Part shown: piece by piece, positions 61,853 through 64,000 of the stretch | How the letters are laid out: each line of letters begins with the position of its first letter | How positions within the stretch are numbered: the first letter of the stretch is position 1 | Origin: Dendrobates tinctorius | Lineage: Eukaryota | NCBI RefSeq assembly: GCF_039654945.1 | Contig: NW_027361687.1 | Location: forward strand, 34,906,001-34,970,000 | DNA length: 64,000 bases | Direction of reading: 5' to 3' | The notes under the pieces: generated by a model | Told to the model about the DNA's origin: nothing | Databases searched by the model: none | The model's input: the letters and a program-made list of their open reading frames with translations, nothing else | Translations under genes and position numbers: made by a program

Positions 61853-64000
61853 CCTCCTAGCTGTGAGGTTGTGTGTCTGTGGTTCTCCTCATGTCTGGAG
61901 CAAGCCCAGGGAGGGGCCACCCTGGGCGGGGAAGCTCCTCAAGCAAGGCCCTGGCTTCCAGGCCTACACTGGGAGGAAACTCCCAACCTTCTCATGTGGA
62001 TGGAAATCCTAGAGTTGCCTCTGGGGAAAATAAACCTCAGCATGGAGAAAGATCATGTGTTGAAGCTCAGTACAGGAAAGAAAGAGGAGAAAGCTTTGTT
62101 TGTCTGCAAGGATGTTGCAGTTAAACAGCCAGGTCAAGGCAAACAGTGTCCAGAGCCTGGAAGGAAATCCCAGAAGACATCTTCTGCTGAGAACCTGAGT
62201 GCTGGAGGGCAGGTGGCTGAACAGAAGGTGAGGCAGAGTCCATTACCAGCCTCAGGTGTGCAGCTCACTCCAGGCAGACAGAGATGGACATCTCTGGAGA
62301 AGCAAACACTCCAGGAGAACCTTCAGCTGAGACATGTGGTGACCAGCATGGCAAACTCTGGACGCACGAGATTGCAGGATGGTGGCAGCTGTAAAAGTGT
62401 TGCGGAGGCTGGAGCCACAAAACCAGCGATATTAAAACCAAGGTGTCACCCCCTAAAGCAAGACCCCAGAAGGAGCCGCCGCGTGCCCTGGAGCTACAGC
62501 TGGCAGAGGAGAGACCAGAACTGGTCAGGAGGATTGGTGAGGTACAGCAGCAGAGGAATCTTCTGCAAATAGAAATTGACTGCATTTACAAGGTGAAGGC
62601 TGCTAATCCTGGGGATCTCCCTGTATATGACCAGAGACTGAATGCACTGGGGGTAGAGCTGGCGACTGTGGTGCGGGACATGGACTGTGTGCTGGCGAAG
62701 ATGGGGCCCCTGGCAGAGACATATAGGAACCAGGAGCGGTTTAGGTCCTACACGCAGGACTCTGCTGGCTCCCGCACAGACATTGTCCCAGGTGGGACCT
62801 GGCAGCAGGTACGGCAGGTGCTGCAGCCCGCTAGCTTCTGTTTCAAGGAGGGTCAGATACTGCACCAGCAGCCGAAACTACCTGCGGCAGACCCCAAGCA
62901 GGAGCAGGAGGCTCAGATCCCAGCGGTACCACAAGTCCCAGCATACCCAGCACAACAGCAAGACAGTGGACATGAGACTGCATCTACTGTTGGTGTCCAG
63001 GAGAGCACTAATTCTGGGGATATTGATACTGTTCATGTGGGGTTGGGGGCTGAAGGGAGTACAGAGTCTGTGGTGGACATTGCGCATCCTTATGACTCTA
63101 TTGAGATTGATGATGATGATGATAATAATATGCAAAATGTCTGTGATTTCCCCCCTTTGGTTTCCAGCACACAAGGTGCAACAGGCCCCTCCGCTGCAGA
63201 CCCTCGCCCTGTCAGTCAGCCCACTGTGGCCGCACAGGTCCCTCCCAGTAATGTTTGGAGCCGCGGTGCTCCGTCCTTTACCTCCGGCGCCAGTTACACC
63301 GGGCAGGCATTCAAAAGGAGGAATGTGGTGCGGTTCAGGCACAGAGGTGCCAAGGAGGACCTGCCAGACAGGAGGCTGGTGGTCAGGGAGCTCCTGTGCC
63401 GCCAGATGGGGTTTGCGTCGGTTAATATCTTGGCGGTCATCAATCTGCCAGACAGACAGGGCTATGACATCAGTTTTAAGCTCATATCTGATCTGAACAG
63501 ATTCTGGGCCAATTTCCCCAAGTTCAGGGACGCTGATGGCTGGAATAAATTCAGCTTCATTCCAATATCTAAGCCAGATACCGCCATGGTTAATATCTTT
63601 TGGAATGAGGCTGTTCCCCTGCAGGACATTGTGGTGTGGTTCCGGAGGCATTGTGACCTTGTCTCCGACCTCACCAAAAACAGGGATGAGGAAGGTATAT
63701 GGACCGGTGGGTGGAAGGTGCTGGTGAAACTGCACCAGCACAACAATATCACGGCTCACTTACCCAACTCCTTCTTTATCGGGAGGGAGAAGGGGGTTTG
63801 CTTCAACCCTGGGCAGCCACGAAAGTGTTTTAAGTGTGGTAAAGTGGGTCACCTGGCAAACACCTGTACCGTGGTAAAGTGCAGCCTGTGCGGGGAAGTC
63901 GGCCACTTAGCGGCAGATTGCCAGAACATCAAGTGCAACCTCTGTGGGGAGATCGGCCACCCTCACAGGGACTGTCCAGATGCCTGGCACAATATATGCA
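61853..64000 (+). mobile_element. Second, diverged Tx1-like copy (5' end and frameshifted ORF1; runs off the window)
   Basis: Same 5' start CCTCCTAGCTGTGAGGTTGTGTGTC. ORF1 homology switches frame twice, with a stop at 62122-62124, then reads open from about 62480 through three CCHC knuckles. Confidence 0.9.

Overview
Vertebrate genomic DNA, most likely an anuran amphibian. This is inferred from the gene sequences and the T2/Kolobok, Harbinger, hAT, Helitron, CR1, L2 and Tx1 repeat content. By manual splicing I find five protein-coding genes: EIF3F (minus, 8 exons, 281 aa); CFAP126/Flattop (plus, 5 exons), head-to-head with EIF3F with 178 bp between the ATGs; SDHC (minus, 6 exons, 169 aa); MPZ (plus, 6 exons, 240 aa); and the last exon of PCP4L1 (minus). 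PCP4L1-MPZ-SDHC-CFAP126 matches the human 1q23.3 block. Introns and spacers are filled with at least eight minisatellite families, including a 15 kb C-rich/G-rich array in EIF3F intron 2, plus nested transposons. Main points: (1) an intact Tx1-like non-LTR retrotransposon and a second diverged copy both start at the same register of a 36-bp minisatellite, and the intact copy is flanked by an exact 144-bp duplication; (2) the MPZ stop sits in a perfect TAG-CAA-TTA readthrough context followed by a 67-codon L-MPZ-like extension; (3) CFAP126 has an internal-looking TAG followed by 31 more in-frame codons. Most long ORFs in the supplied track are repeat artefacts. Coordinates were counted by hand, and family and orthologue comparisons are from memory, not from searches.
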